Assembly: GCF_020885515.1 (NCBI RefSeq)
Contig: NZ_AP024987.1
Span: 840,001 to 872,000, forward strand
Source of the DNA: a cyanobacterium endosymbiont of Braarudosphaera bigelowii
Lineage (GTDB): Bacteria > Cyanobacteriota > Cyanobacteriia > Cyanobacteriales > Microcystaceae
DNA: 32,000 bases
Reading direction: 5' to 3'
Of this stretch, positions 1 to 9,788 are shown one piece after another. Numbering within the stretch: position 1 is the stretch's first letter; every line of letters starts with the position of its first letter. The translations under genes were made by a program, and so were the position numbers. Below the pieces are notes generated by a model that searched no databases, was not told the origin of the DNA, and was given only the letters and a program-made list of their open reading frames with translations.

Positions 1-1545
1 GGAGCTATCTGGCAGCATTTAGCTGATACGGTTTTAACTGACTACATTCTAAATTCTTTATGTTTAATGCTAGGCGTAGGAATTGGAGTATTAATTATTG
101 GGGTTACAACTGCATGGCTTGTTAGTCTTTGTTATTTTACGGGGTGTGATTGGTTTGAATGGCTTTTATTAATGCCTTTGTCTGCTCCAGCCTATCTTTT
201 GGCTTATACTTACACCGATATGTTGGATTACTATGGTCCTGTACAAATAGCTCTTAGAAATTGGTTTGGATGGCAAGACTTTAACGATTACTGGTTCCCA
301 AATATCCGCTCACTGTGGGGAGCAGTTATCATGCTAATTCTAGTACTTTATCCTTATGTCTATCTACTAGCAAGAACTGCTTTCTTAGAGCAATCTATTT
401 GTACGTTAGAAGCTAGTCGTTCTTTAGGTTGCAGTCCATGGCAAAGTTTTTTAAAGGTTACTCTTCCTTTAGCTCGTCCAGCTATTATAGCGGGATTAGC
501 TTTGTCTTTAATGGAAACATTAAATGATTTTGGGACTGTCCAGTATTTTGGAATTAACACCTTTACCACAGGTATATTTAGTATTTGGTTTGATTTCGGA
601 GAGAGACAAGCAGCTGGACAATTAGCTGCTTGTCTAATGTTATTCATTTTTTGTTTAATTATTTTAGAACTATGGTCTCGCCGGAAGATCCGTTATTATC
701 AGAATAGTAGTGCTCGTATAAGATTACCTCGCTATCAGTTAAAATCATGGCGAGGTTTAATTGCTTGGCTAGTTTGCTTTTTGCCTTTTCTAGGGGGATT
801 TCTCATACCTGCTATCTACCTAACTAAGTTAGTTATTGTTAATTTTACTACTGCCTTTGCCAATAATTTTTGGGGTCTAGCTAGTCATAGTTTGACTGTT
901 GCTTTTATAAGCTCAATTCTCTCTGCTACCTTAGCTTTAGTTATGGCTTATGGACAACGTTCAGAAAATAATTTTCTTACCAATACATCTATTAAAGTTG
1001 CGGCCCTTGGATACGCTATTCCAGGATCAGTTATCGCAGTAGGAATACTAATTCCTTTAGGACGTTTAGATAATATGATCACTAACTTTATTGGACAAAT
1101 TTTTGAGATAAAAGTTGGTCTCTTAATTAGCGGTACAATAATAGCCTTAATCTATTCTTATCTAGTAAGATTCCTAGCCGTTGCTTTTGGATCGGTTGAT
1201 TCCAGCTTGGGAAAAATAAAACCTAGTCTAGATGATGCTGCTAGGAGTTTAGGATCTACACCTAGAAAAAATTTAATTAAGATTCATACACCTTTAATGA
1301 CTGGCGGGATACTTACAGCAATCATGCTAGTTTTTGTAGATGTAATGAAAGAGCTTCCTGCTACACTAGTCATTCGTCCTTTTAATTTTGATACCTTAGC
1401 AATTAGAGTTTATCAATATGCCTCAGATGAACGGCTTTCGGAAGCTGCTGCACCAGCATTAGCTATTGTTTTAGTTGGTTTAATTCCTGTTATTTTTCTT
1501 AGTTGGCAAATTACCAGATCACGACGTCATCAAGACTCTTTTTAG
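1..1545 (+). CDS. futB: Iron(III) ABC transporter permease, FutB/FbpB-like (5' end outside window)
   Basis: Frame 1 is open from base 1 (GAIWQHLADTVLTDYILNSLCLMLG...) into the listed ORF. Multi-TM protein with two binding-protein-dependent permease EAA-like motifs (EASRSLGCSPWQSFLKVTLPLARPAI; DAARSLGSTPRKNLIKIHTPLM). Confidence 0.88.
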   Translation, partial: GAIWQHLADTVLTDYILNSLCLMLGVGIGVLIIGVTTAWLVSLCYFTGCDWFEWLLLMPLSAPAYLLAYTYTDMLDYYGPVQIALRNWFGWQDFNDYWFPNIRSLWGAVIMLILVLYPYVYLLARTAFLEQSICTLEASRSLGCSPWQSFLKVTLPLARPAIIAGLALSLMETLNDFGTVQYFGINTFTTGIFSIWFDFGERQAAGQLAACLMLFIFCLIILELWSRRKIRYYQNSSARIRLPRYQLKSWRGLIAWLVCFLPFLGGFLIPAIYLTKLVIVNFTTAFANNFWGLASHSLTVAFISSILSATLALVMAYGQRSENNFLTNTSIKVAALGYAIPGSVIAVGILIPLGRLDNMITNFIGQIFEIKVGLLISGTIIALIYSYLVRFLAVAFGSVDSSLGKIKPSLDDAARSLGSTPRKNLIKIHTPLMTGGILTAIMLVFVDVMKELPATLVIRPFNFDTLAIRVYQYASDERLSEAAAPALAIVLVGLIPVIFLSWQITRSRRHQDSF

Positions 1546-1567
1546 AATTATTAGTGATAAAAACTTT

Positions 1568-1605
1568 AAATATTTTTTCATAATTAAAATCATGAAAAAA
1601 TATTT
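1568..1605 (+). terminator. AT-rich hairpin downstream of the iron permease gene, candidate terminator
   Basis: AAATATTTTTTCAT (1568-1581) and ATGAAAAAATATTT (1592-1605) form a perfect 14-bp stem with a 10-nt loop, followed by a T-rich stretch, 22 nt after the stop. Confidence 0.5.
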
Positions 1606-1838
1606 TATTTCTGATAAGGGAATTGATATATATTAAATAATTTATAAAAAAACGTTTTAGTCTGGAGTTAGTATTGTTGTTCAGTTATGACATGACATAG
1701 AATTTTTCTCATTATTGGAAAAGATAACTTAAGACGATCAACATTACTTTCTTAAGATGCTATATTCTCTCTAATCTAATTCGGTCAAAGTAATCTACAA
1801 TTAACTACGATCACCATAAAAAACACAGGGTAAATCAT

Positions 1839-1916
1839 CTAGTCCATACTAAAACCTATAGAACAAAAACTACTCAAGATTTATTATCACGAGAAACTGG
1901 TTTTAGTATGGACTAG
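1839..1916. repeat. Inverted repeat, 18-bp perfect arms separated by 42 nt
   Basis: CTAGTCCATACTAAAACC (1839-1856) and GGTTTTAGTATGGACTAG (1899-1916) are exact reverse complements. The structure ends 84 nt before the EF-G start codon. Confidence 0.85.
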
Positions 1917-2000
1917 TTATAAAGGCAACATTTATGTTCCCTCTGAGTATTACTTAATGGTAGAAATTACCTATTATCAAATCTAAAGCTAGAAATAAAT

Positions 2001-4088
2001 ATGACGAAAAACCTAACTTATTATCGTAACATTGGCATCTTTGCTCATGTGGATGCTGGAAAAACTACCACTACTGAAAGAATTCTAAAATTAACAGGTA
2101 AAATTCATAAAATTGGTGAAGTACATGAAGGTGCTGCAACTACTGACTTTATGGAACAAGAGCAAGAAAGAGGTATTACTATCCAATCTGCAGCTACTAG
2201 CTGCTTCTGGAGAGATCATCAACTAAATATTATTGATACTCCAGGTCACGTTGATTTCACTATCGAGGTTTACCGCTCTTTAAAAGTTTTAGATGGTGGT
2301 ATTGGCGTTTTTTGTGGTTCAGGAGGTGTAGAACCTCAGTCTGAAACAAATTGGCGCTATGCTAATGACTCTAAAGTTGCTCGTATTATTTATATTAATA
2401 AGCTAGACAGAACTGGTGCCGACTTTTTTAGAGTTGTCAAGCAAGTTGATGAAATATTAGCTGCTAAGCCTATTGTTATGGTAATACCTATTGGGATAGA
2501 AAATGATTTCTGTGGCGTAGTAGATCTACTTACTGAAAAATCATGGACTTGGGATGATTCTGGAGATCCAATGAAATATACGGTAAAAGATGTTCCTGAA
2601 GAAATGAAAGAGCAGGTAGCAGAATATCGAGAAATGCTAATCGAAACTGCTATAGAACAAGATGATAGCTTAATGGAAAAGTATCTTGAGGGAGAAGAAT
2701 TAACTATTGAAGAAATTAAGTTTTGTATTCGAAAAGGTACTCGTGATCTTGCCTTCTTTCCTACTTATTGTGGTTCCTCTTTCAAAAACAAAGGAGTTCA
2801 GTTAGTATTAGATGCTGTTATTGACTATCTTCCTAACCCCATGGAGGTAAAACCTCAACCAGAAGTAAATCTAGAAGGAGAAGAAACAGGAAGCTATGCT
2901 ATCGTAGACGCGGATAAGCCTTTAAGAGCATTAGCCTTCAAAATCATGGATGATCGTTTTGGATCACTAACCTTCACACGTATTTATTCAGGAAAAATTG
3001 CTAAAGGTGACACAATATTAAATACTGCGACAGGAAAAACAGAAAGAATTAGTCGTCTAGTGGAAATGCATGCTGATTCCCGAGAAGAAGTAGAATCTGC
3101 ACAGGCAGGAGATATCATAGCTATTGTAGGCATGAAAAATGTCCAAACAGGTCATACTTTATGTGATCCCAAGTTTCCTGCAACACTAGAGCCTATGATT
3201 TTCCCGGATCCTGTAATATCTGTTGCCGTATCACCTAAGAAAAAAGGTGAAAACGAGAAGATGGCTTTAGCTATAAGTAAAATGGTTCAAGAAGATCCAT
3301 CGTTCTATATGGAAACGGATAAAGAAAGTGGTGAAACCATAATCAAAGGAATGGGAGAATTACACTTGGATATAAAAGTTGATATTCTTAACCGTACTCA
3401 TGGAATTGAAGTAGAAGTTGGTAAACCACAAGTAGCTTATCGTGAATCCATTACTAAAGTTATCAAAGATACTTATATTCATAAGAAACAGTCTGGTGGT
3501 TCCGGACAATTTGCTAAAATTGATTACAGTATCGAACCGGGAGAACCTGGTAGCGGTTTTCAGTTTACTTCAAAAGTTACAGGAGGTAATGTTCCAAGAG
3601 AGTTTTGGCCTGCAGTACAAAAAGGCTTTGAAGCCAGTGTACAAAAAGGTGTTCTTGCTGGTTATCCTTGTGTAGATTTAACAGTAACTCTTTCGGATGG
3701 ATCATTTCATCCGGTTGATTCTTCAGCGATAGCCTTTGAAATTGCAGCTAGAGCTGCTTACCGTCAAACAGTTCCTAAAGCTGGACCTCAATTATTAGAA
3801 CCTATTATGAATGTAGATGTTTTTACTCCTGAAGATTACATGGGAGATGTAATAGGTGATATTAATCGTCGTCGTGGTATGATCAAATCTCAAAATTCTA
3901 CACCTATGGGAGCACGAATTAAAGCAGATGTTCCTTTAAGTGAAATGTTTGGTTATATAGGTGATTTACGTACAATGACATCTGGACGTGGTCAGTTTTC
4001 TATGGAATTTTCTCACTATGCTCCAGCTCCAAGTAATGTGGCGGAAGAAGTTATTAAAGAAACAAAAGAACGTCAAGCTTCCTCTTAA
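2001..4088 (+). CDS. Elongation factor G family protein (cyanobacterial EF-G paralog type)
   Basis: GTPase motifs [46 protein letters not shown]. All EF-G domains are present to the C-terminus ([32 protein letters not shown]). Confidence 0.95.
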   Translation: MTKNLTYYRNIGIFAHVDAGKTTTTERILKLTGKIHKIGEVHEGAATTDFMEQEQERGITIQSAATSCFWRDHQLNIIDTPGHVDFTIEVYRSLKVLDGGIGVFCGSGGVEPQSETNWRYANDSKVARIIYINKLDRTGADFFRVVKQVDEILAAKPIVMVIPIGIENDFCGVVDLLTEKSWTWDDSGDPMKYTVKDVPEEMKEQVAEYREMLIETAIEQDDSLMEKYLEGEELTIEEIKFCIRKGTRDLAFFPTYCGSSFKNKGVQLVLDAVIDYLPNPMEVKPQPEVNLEGEETGSYAIVDADKPLRALAFKIMDDRFGSLTFTRIYSGKIAKGDTILNTATGKTERISRLVEMHADSREEVESAQAGDIIAIVGMKNVQTGHTLCDPKFPATLEPMIFPDPVISVAVSPKKKGENEKMALAISKMVQEDPSFYMETDKESGETIIKGMGELHLDIKVDILNRTHGIEVEVGKPQVAYRESITKVIKDTYIHKKQSGGSGQFAKIDYSIEPGEPGSGFQFTSKVTGGNVPREFWPAVQKGFEASVQKGVLAGYPCVDLTVTLSDGSFHPVDSSAIAFEIAARAAYRQTVPKAGPQLLEPIMNVDVFTPEDYMGDVIGDINRRRGMIKSQNSTPMGARIKADVPLSEMFGYIGDLRTMTSGRGQFSMEFSHYAPAPSNVAEEVIKETKERQASS

Positions 4089-4154
4089 TTAGCAAAATTT
4101 ACCTAATATTAATATGTTTCCTAATTGAAAAATATTACTTATTAGTGTCTTGAA

Positions 4155-4206
4155 ATATATGATTTTCTTATGTTTAGAATATTCCAAACATAAGAAAATC
4201 ATATAT
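4155..4206. terminator. Probable bidirectional terminator between convergent EF-G and SpoIID-domain genes
   Basis: ATATATGATTTTCTTATGTTT (4155-4175) and AAACATAAGAAAATCATATAT (4186-4206) form a perfect 21-bp stem with a 10-nt loop. Confidence 0.75.
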
Positions 4207-4277
4207 CTGTAAATTATTGCTTTTTAACCAAATTTTATATTATTAATTTTTTATAAAAAAAATAGTTACATGACTTA

Positions 4278-5408
4278 CTATATTTTTTCTTTTAGAAGAG
4301 TTAAATCAGAATTTTGATAGTAGTGACTTAAAATTCGATAATAAGGAATATTCTGTTTTGCTAAATAATAACTTCCCCACTGACTCATTCCAATTCCATG
4401 TCCAAAACCTCTTCCTCTAATTGTAAAAAGACCTTGATCAATTGATATTCTAAATCCAGTACTTTTTAACTTTAATATTTTACGTAGTTCTATTCCTGAG
4501 ACCCTTCGAGAACCTTGATCACCCAAGACATTTAAGGTCACTATACGACCGCTTGGAGTAACTTTACCAGGAACTAGTGAGTATATTGTGCCTAATCCAT
4601 TTATTAATTGCCCGATTTCTGTTGAACTAAAAGTTTGATTCCATGAAAATACAGGAGAAAGTTGATCATAGTCTGGAACTCCCTGTAAATAAGATAAAGA
4701 CGAATTCCATACATTCTCAACATTCTCTGTATGACCACCAGAAGATGAATGAAATACAGATAAAATAAGTTTTCCATTATGAGTCAAAACTTCCTTAGAA
4801 GTCACTTTAACTGCATTATGAGTGGCTAGAGACTCTGTCTCTATACCCCTGTAAATTTGCGTCTTAGTGGTTGTATCTAAGTCATAGTGTATGTTACCTG
4901 AAGTGGATGTTTTAAAAAGTGCATAAGTACGTGAAACTATTGCTTGAGCTTTTAACGCTTCTTTAGGCCATGTAGGATAAGATTCACCACCGACAACACT
5001 ATAGAGATATTCATTTAAATCGACTAAATTAATTACTATTATTGTCTTTCCTTGACTAATGAGTAATATTTTCCCTCGATACCAGCGATTATTTATCCAA
5101 ACTACACCTTTTCCTTGAGGTTCTATTAGAAAATAACTTAATTTCCAGTGCTTGAGACTAATTTTATTTTCATTAAACAGTTTTATTTTAAAGCTATTTA
5201 ATGGAGCTAAAGTACCTATTTGTTTTCCTTGATTATTTATAACATTAGCTGGAGAAGAACTACCTATATATAAAGTTTTTACATTTTTTTTAATAGCAAC
5301 TCGAAGTTCTGTAGAAGCATGTGTAGATGAACAAGAAAATAATATTATATAAAATATTAAACTTCTAAAAAGCGTGATAATAAATGGATTTTTTAAACTT
5401 ATTATCAT
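4278..5408 (-). CDS. SpoIID/LytB domain-containing protein, exported
   Basis: N-terminal hydrophobic signal sequence; LYSVVGGESYPTWPKEALKAQAIVSRTYAL, HSSSGGHTENVENVW, IRGRGFGHGIGMSQWGSYYLA are hallmark SpoIID/LytB motifs. Confidence 0.9.
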   Translation of the reverse strand: MIISLKNPFIITLFRSLIFYIILFSCSSTHASTELRVAIKKNVKTLYIGSSSPANVINNQGKQIGTLAPLNSFKIKLFNENKISLKHWKLSYFLIEPQGKGVVWINNRWYRGKILLISQGKTIIVINLVDLNEYLYSVVGGESYPTWPKEALKAQAIVSRTYALFKTSTSGNIHYDLDTTTKTQIYRGIETESLATHNAVKVTSKEVLTHNGKLILSVFHSSSGGHTENVENVWNSSLSYLQGVPDYDQLSPVFSWNQTFSSTEIGQLINGLGTIYSLVPGKVTPSGRIVTLNVLGDQGSRRVSGIELRKILKLKSTGFRISIDQGLFTIRGRGFGHGIGMSQWGSYYLAKQNIPYYRILSHYYQNSDLTLLKEKI

Positions 5409-5525
5409 AGACTTTACTTTTTAAATCCTCATAAATATACGAGATCTATATTGTATTTAATATCTTGTCAAACTTTCAGCACATGGTTTTAGATAAGTTT
5501 GGCAAATCTTAAATATAAATCATAA

Positions 5526-5577
5526 AATTAGGCTTCAAAGTTATTTTCAGAATTAAAAATAACTTTGAAGCCTAATT
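5526..5577 (-). terminator. Terminator-like hairpin downstream of nrdA
   Basis: AATTAGGCTTCAAAGTTATTTT (5526-5547) and AAAATAACTTTGAAGCCTAATT (5556-5577) form a perfect 22-bp stem with an 8-nt loop. Confidence 0.75.
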
Positions 5578-5630
5578 ATAATCCTACTAATTAAAAACAA
5601 GAATATTTGGTATTTTATTCATAGCATTAA

Positions 5631-7943
5631 TTAATTTGCACAAGAGGTGCAGGTATTGTCAGTATCTTTAAAATCATCCCTTTGGACCGTTCTAACATAA
5701 TAAATAGCTTTGCAGCCATCTTTCCAGGCTGTTAAAAACATTTTAAAAATGTCTGTAGCTGATAGAGAACGTTCAGGTTCTTCAGGTAGATAAATTCCTT
5801 GATTTAAATTGAACAACAACTCCATAGATATACCAGTATCTATCCACTGTTGTATTGTTGAAACTGCTTTAACAACTTTTTGCTGATCTAGGACTTTATT
5901 TTCATGGTAGAACCAAAAAGACTCCTTTATAAAAGGGGGAGCGATAGGTACTGTCCCCTTTGCCCATTTATCATAGAAAAAACGGCTATAAACAGGAAGA
6001 ATGCTTGCTGTACAGCCTTGTACTAAAGAAGAAGAAGTATTAGGAGCTATCGCCGTAATATGAGAATTACGAATACCATAAGTTTTAATATTCTCTGACA
6101 ATTCTACCCAGCGTTCTTTTTGGGAAGCATTTTCTATAAACCAGTCAACAGATTTTGAACCAATTAACTTACCTTTACTCCAATCACTCCCTGTAAATGC
6201 ATTATACGCACCTCTCTCTTTAGATAATTCCATAGATGTATGAGTACACCAATAGCCAACTTCCTCAAATAGTTGACTAATTTCATCTAGATTGTCATAT
6301 GTCAAAAATCTTTTTGCTAACCAATCTGCTAATCCCATACATCCAACTCCGATAGTGCGATATCTATCATTGTGAGTTTTCGCATAGCTGAATGGAGGAT
6401 TAGTAATGTCTATAGTATTGTCCAAAATTCGAACTGCTAAATTCGAAAGATAACTCAGCTCAGTATCTTCAACATTTGCTAAATTTAAACTTACTAAATT
6501 ACAACAATGACTTTCTTTCCTCGGGGCAACATTTGAAAAAGATTCTGTACATAAGTTAACTCCTGGAATATACCCAACATGTTTATTAGGATTCGCCCGA
6601 TTTATGGTATCTTTAAAGGCTAAATAAGGCATTCCCGTTTCTAACTGAGAACGCATTATAGTTTTAAACAATTCACGAGCATTAATCTTTTTATAAAGGG
6701 TAATTTTGTTTCCTAGTTCGGATTCAATTAACCTATAAATTGTTTCGAATTCTTCACCCCACAATTCAGCTAATTCGACACCAAGTTTTATTCGTACTTC
6801 ATAGGGATCAACTAATGTCCATTCTTGTTTTTTCTCAACTCGCCGCATAAACTCATCTGTTAAGATTAGTTGAGGAAAAACATCATACGCCTTACGTCTT
6901 TGATCACCATTCTCTGTTTGCATTTCTAGAAATTCTGGAATATCTAAATGCCAAACATCTACACCAATCGTAATAGCTCCAGCTCTCCTTCCTCCTTGGT
7001 TAACAGCTATCGCCGTATCATTTAGTAATTTAATCCAAGGAATAATACCTCCGGAAGCATTAGCTTTGCCCATTACCCAGCTTCCTGTAGCTCTAATACG
7101 ACTAACATTAGCTCCAACACCACCACCATTTTTAGAAATTCTAGCTGCATTAGTGACACCTTCACAAATACTTTCTAAATCATCATCAATGGCTATAATA
7201 AAGCAGCTAGTCAACGAACCTTCTGGGATTCTTAGGTTTGCCAAAATTGGAGTAGCTAAGGATATTTTGCGTGTGGCGATAGCTTCATAAAAACGTTTAG
7301 CCCAAGGTAATCGATTTTGAGGAGCTTCAACTATTGCTAGTAACAGAGAACAGGTTAATAAGGCTTCTTGGGGAAGCTCATCTGGTAATAAATAACGACT
7401 ACTAAGGAGCACTGCCCCAGCATAGTCATAATCTATATCCCAGTCTGAATTAATCCAAGAGCCTGCTTCTTGTAAATCTTCTAAAGAATAAGCAAGCAGG
7501 CGTTTGTCATACTGGCAATTTTTTACTTTAGTTTGAACTGTAATTTCGTATTTATCATATTGATAGCCACGACTAACTAAAATATTTTTCCAAAGGCTCC
7601 AAATATGTAGTCTGCCAGCAACATAACGCCAGTCAGGCTCTTCAGGACTACACATTTCTAAAGAGCAATTGATTAGATTATTTTGAATATCCTTTGTGGT
7701 AATACCATCACGTAAGCGAGTGGTTAGTCCCGCCTCTAAGGCAATACTATTTACATCTTTACCAGAACATGCCCAACTGACGACAGCACGTATTTTTCCA
7801 ATATCAAGAGCAGTCCAAGATCCATCTCGTCGTTCTACCTTAATTTTACTTGCTCCTAAGTTTGAATAGTGATTAAGGTGAGATGTATTCGTGTCTCCTG
7901 GATTGTTTTGTTGGGAGAAATTTGAGACAGTAGATTGCATCAT
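5631..7943 (-). CDS. nrdA: Ribonucleoside-diphosphate reductase, alpha subunit (class I)
   Basis: N-terminal ATP-cone (KVERRDGSWTALDIGKIRAVVSWA), ATPILANLRIPEGSLTSCF, ISKNGGGVGANVSRIR, NLCTES, and the Cys-rich C-terminus CTSCAN. Confidence 0.93.
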   Translation of the reverse strand: MMQSTVSNFSQQNNPGDTNTSHLNHYSNLGASKIKVERRDGSWTALDIGKIRAVVSWACSGKDVNSIALEAGLTTRLRDGITTKDIQNNLINCSLEMCSPEEPDWRYVAGRLHIWSLWKNILVSRGYQYDKYEITVQTKVKNCQYDKRLLAYSLEDLQEAGSWINSDWDIDYDYAGAVLLSSRYLLPDELPQEALLTCSLLLAIVEAPQNRLPWAKRFYEAIATRKISLATPILANLRIPEGSLTSCFIIAIDDDLESICEGVTNAARISKNGGGVGANVSRIRATGSWVMGKANASGGIIPWIKLLNDTAIAVNQGGRRAGAITIGVDVWHLDIPEFLEMQTENGDQRRKAYDVFPQLILTDEFMRRVEKKQEWTLVDPYEVRIKLGVELAELWGEEFETIYRLIESELGNKITLYKKINARELFKTIMRSQLETGMPYLAFKDTINRANPNKHVGYIPGVNLCTESFSNVAPRKESHCCNLVSLNLANVEDTELSYLSNLAVRILDNTIDITNPPFSYAKTHNDRYRTIGVGCMGLADWLAKRFLTYDNLDEISQLFEEVGYWCTHTSMELSKERGAYNAFTGSDWSKGKLIGSKSVDWFIENASQKERWVELSENIKTYGIRNSHITAIAPNTSSSLVQGCTASILPVYSRFFYDKWAKGTVPIAPPFIKESFWFYHENKVLDQQKVVKAVSTIQQWIDTGISMELLFNLNQGIYLPEEPERSLSATDIFKMFLTAWKDGCKAIYYVRTVQRDDFKDTDNTCTSCAN

Positions 7944-8661
7944 TTACACTAAATAAATTATGACTAAGAAAAAACTAATAGATTGTATACTTGAATTTTG
8001 TTACTTTTGTATCAGCTTGAGAAGGATACATTTTTGTTATAACATACATGTGGTGTGACATATGGTATGTTTTTACTAAGAACTCTACAGAAAAAATACA
8101 AAAAAAACATTTTTGTCAAATAGATTATTAGGAAAAAATATAAATTCATAAATGAAAATCCTACGCTTAATCCATAGAATATTAAGGTGATTATTAAGAA
8201 TATTTAATATCTTGTATAGTCTTAAATATTATCCATTCAATACGAAAAACATACAACATGTAATTAATCATATAAAGAATTAAATAATCTTAAGTAAAGA
8301 TAATAAGAGCCTGCCCTAAAAATTCTCTATATTCTTAGGCATAATTTCTTACAAATTCACATTTTATCAACACTTAATTTCTAAAAAAAAAGAAAATTCT
8401 AAGTTGATCAAAGAAATGTAAAATTAATTTACATTGTCAAGTCTACATCATTTTATGTCATTGGTTATCCAAATATATTTTTACAGAATTATTCCGTAGG
8501 TCAATTATCATAACATTCTATTGTCTATTATTTCAGTATATTCAGAATATTTTTTATTATCTGGCTACTAATAGTTAAATTATAGTTTTCAGGTTAATAC
8601 ATTAGTATTTTTATAAATAAAATACATTTATATTTCTTGGCTGATAGAATTTAAATAACAT

Positions 8662-8700
8662 TAATTAAAGTTTTTCTCTTAAAGAGAAAAATTTTAATTA
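8662..8700. repeat. Isolated 18-bp hairpin in the ycf66-nrdA intergenic gap
   Basis: TAATTAAAGTTTTTCTCT (8662-8679) pairs with AGAGAAAAATTTTAATTA (8683-8700) with one G.U pair and a 3-nt loop. Confidence 0.6.
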
Positions 8701-9020
8701 GAAAAAAATTATCTTTTGTAATATATTTTCTTGACTACTAAAGATGTTTTAAAAAGATATAAAACAATTTCTAGGATGCCTGTTAACTTTTTGTTTTAAG
8801 TATAAATTTTTTACAACTTATACATTTAAGTTATCCAATCATGAATAATGAAAAACTTATGTAATAAAAAATACTATACAAAATTCCTAAATATGTGTAT
8901 ATAGTTATCCTAACTTAATTAGATATTCTACTATTAACGGCTGCGATTCATCACATAGTATAAAAGCTATTAAATCAAAATCAGTTAAATTATTTTAATA
9001 AATACAAAATTGCAAACTTT

Positions 9021-9788
9021 CTATTTATCAAAATTACCAATGTCTTTAAGATTATTATTTTCTTCCTTATACTCTGACTCTGACTTTTCAAGAGGTTGGT
9101 AATCAACATAATCGATGTGGTTGTAATTACTTGTTTCAGAGCTAAAATTTTTACTCTTGTTTTGTTTATTAAATTGTGGTCTATTTTTCCGATAGACTTG
9201 AGATGAAGATGAAGGTGAGCTGTTTTCCCACATATCGTTTACACTTTTTCGAACATCATAATCATGAGTAAAATTTCTGTTAGAACGAGGCTTTACTCTG
9301 GAGGATGAACGGTTACTTCTGGAACGACGAACTCTTTCTTCATTACCTGATCTACGATTATTACGTAGATCACTAGTACCTTTTAAACGAGGGTTATTAC
9401 GATAACTTTGAGATTTATCCTCATAGGAATCTAAATTATCAAGTTCAGCTTCAGTATATAGACGAGTTTTACTAACTCTACGCCCATTGTCAATAAATGA
9501 AGAACTACGTTTAGCTTGCTCCGTAGTTGCTCCCCTTAGACGAATACTTTCTGCAGCAAAGAATATAGCTGACCCTGTTAATAAAAATTGTCCGAATTGT
9601 AAAATAGGATCTAATCTCCATCCTTGGAATAGCAAGATCAATCCGCATAGTAAACCAACTGCAGCGAAAAATATATCATGATCTCTTGATAGTTCTGGTC
9701 GTACAGAACGCAAAAAATATAAACCAGCTCCGGCTATAGCTAAAAATATTCCCAGTACACTAGCTGAATTCAGTCCAAAATTAACCAT
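9021..9788 (-). CDS. ycf66: Ycf66 family protein
   Basis: N-terminal membrane region MVNFGLNSASVLGIFLAIAGAGLYFLRSVRPELSRDHDIFFAAVGLLCGLILLFQGWRLDPILQFGQFLL, characteristic of Ycf66, followed by a hydrophilic low-complexity tail. Confidence 0.85.
   Translation of the reverse strand: MVNFGLNSASVLGIFLAIAGAGLYFLRSVRPELSRDHDIFFAAVGLLCGLILLFQGWRLDPILQFGQFLLTGSAIFFAAESIRLRGATTEQAKRSSSFIDNGRRVSKTRLYTEAELDNLDSYEDKSQSYRNNPRLKGTSDLRNNRRSGNEERVRRSRSNRSSSRVKPRSNRNFTHDYDVRKSVNDMWENSSPSSSSQVYRKNRPQFNKQNKSKNFSSETSNYNHIDYVDYQPLEKSESEYKEENNNLKDIGNFDK

Noticed and set aside
360-647. 95-aa ORF antisense to the iron permease gene
   Set aside because: Fully inside a strongly supported CDS on the other strand, with no domain signature.
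3442-3675. 77-aa listed ORF inside the EF-G gene
   Set aside because: Overlaps the domain IV coding region of EF-G in another reading frame; low-complexity hydrophobic translation with no support.
4278-5408. SpoIID-like gene as a hint of a sporulation or differentiation system
   Set aside because: SpoIID/LytB-domain proteins are widespread in non-sporulating cyanobacteria and linked to peptidoglycan processing; no other sporulation genes are present.
5631-7943. Possible intein in NrdA
   Set aside because: The 770-aa protein is continuous through the active-site and C-terminal motifs with no extra domain, so no intein is present.
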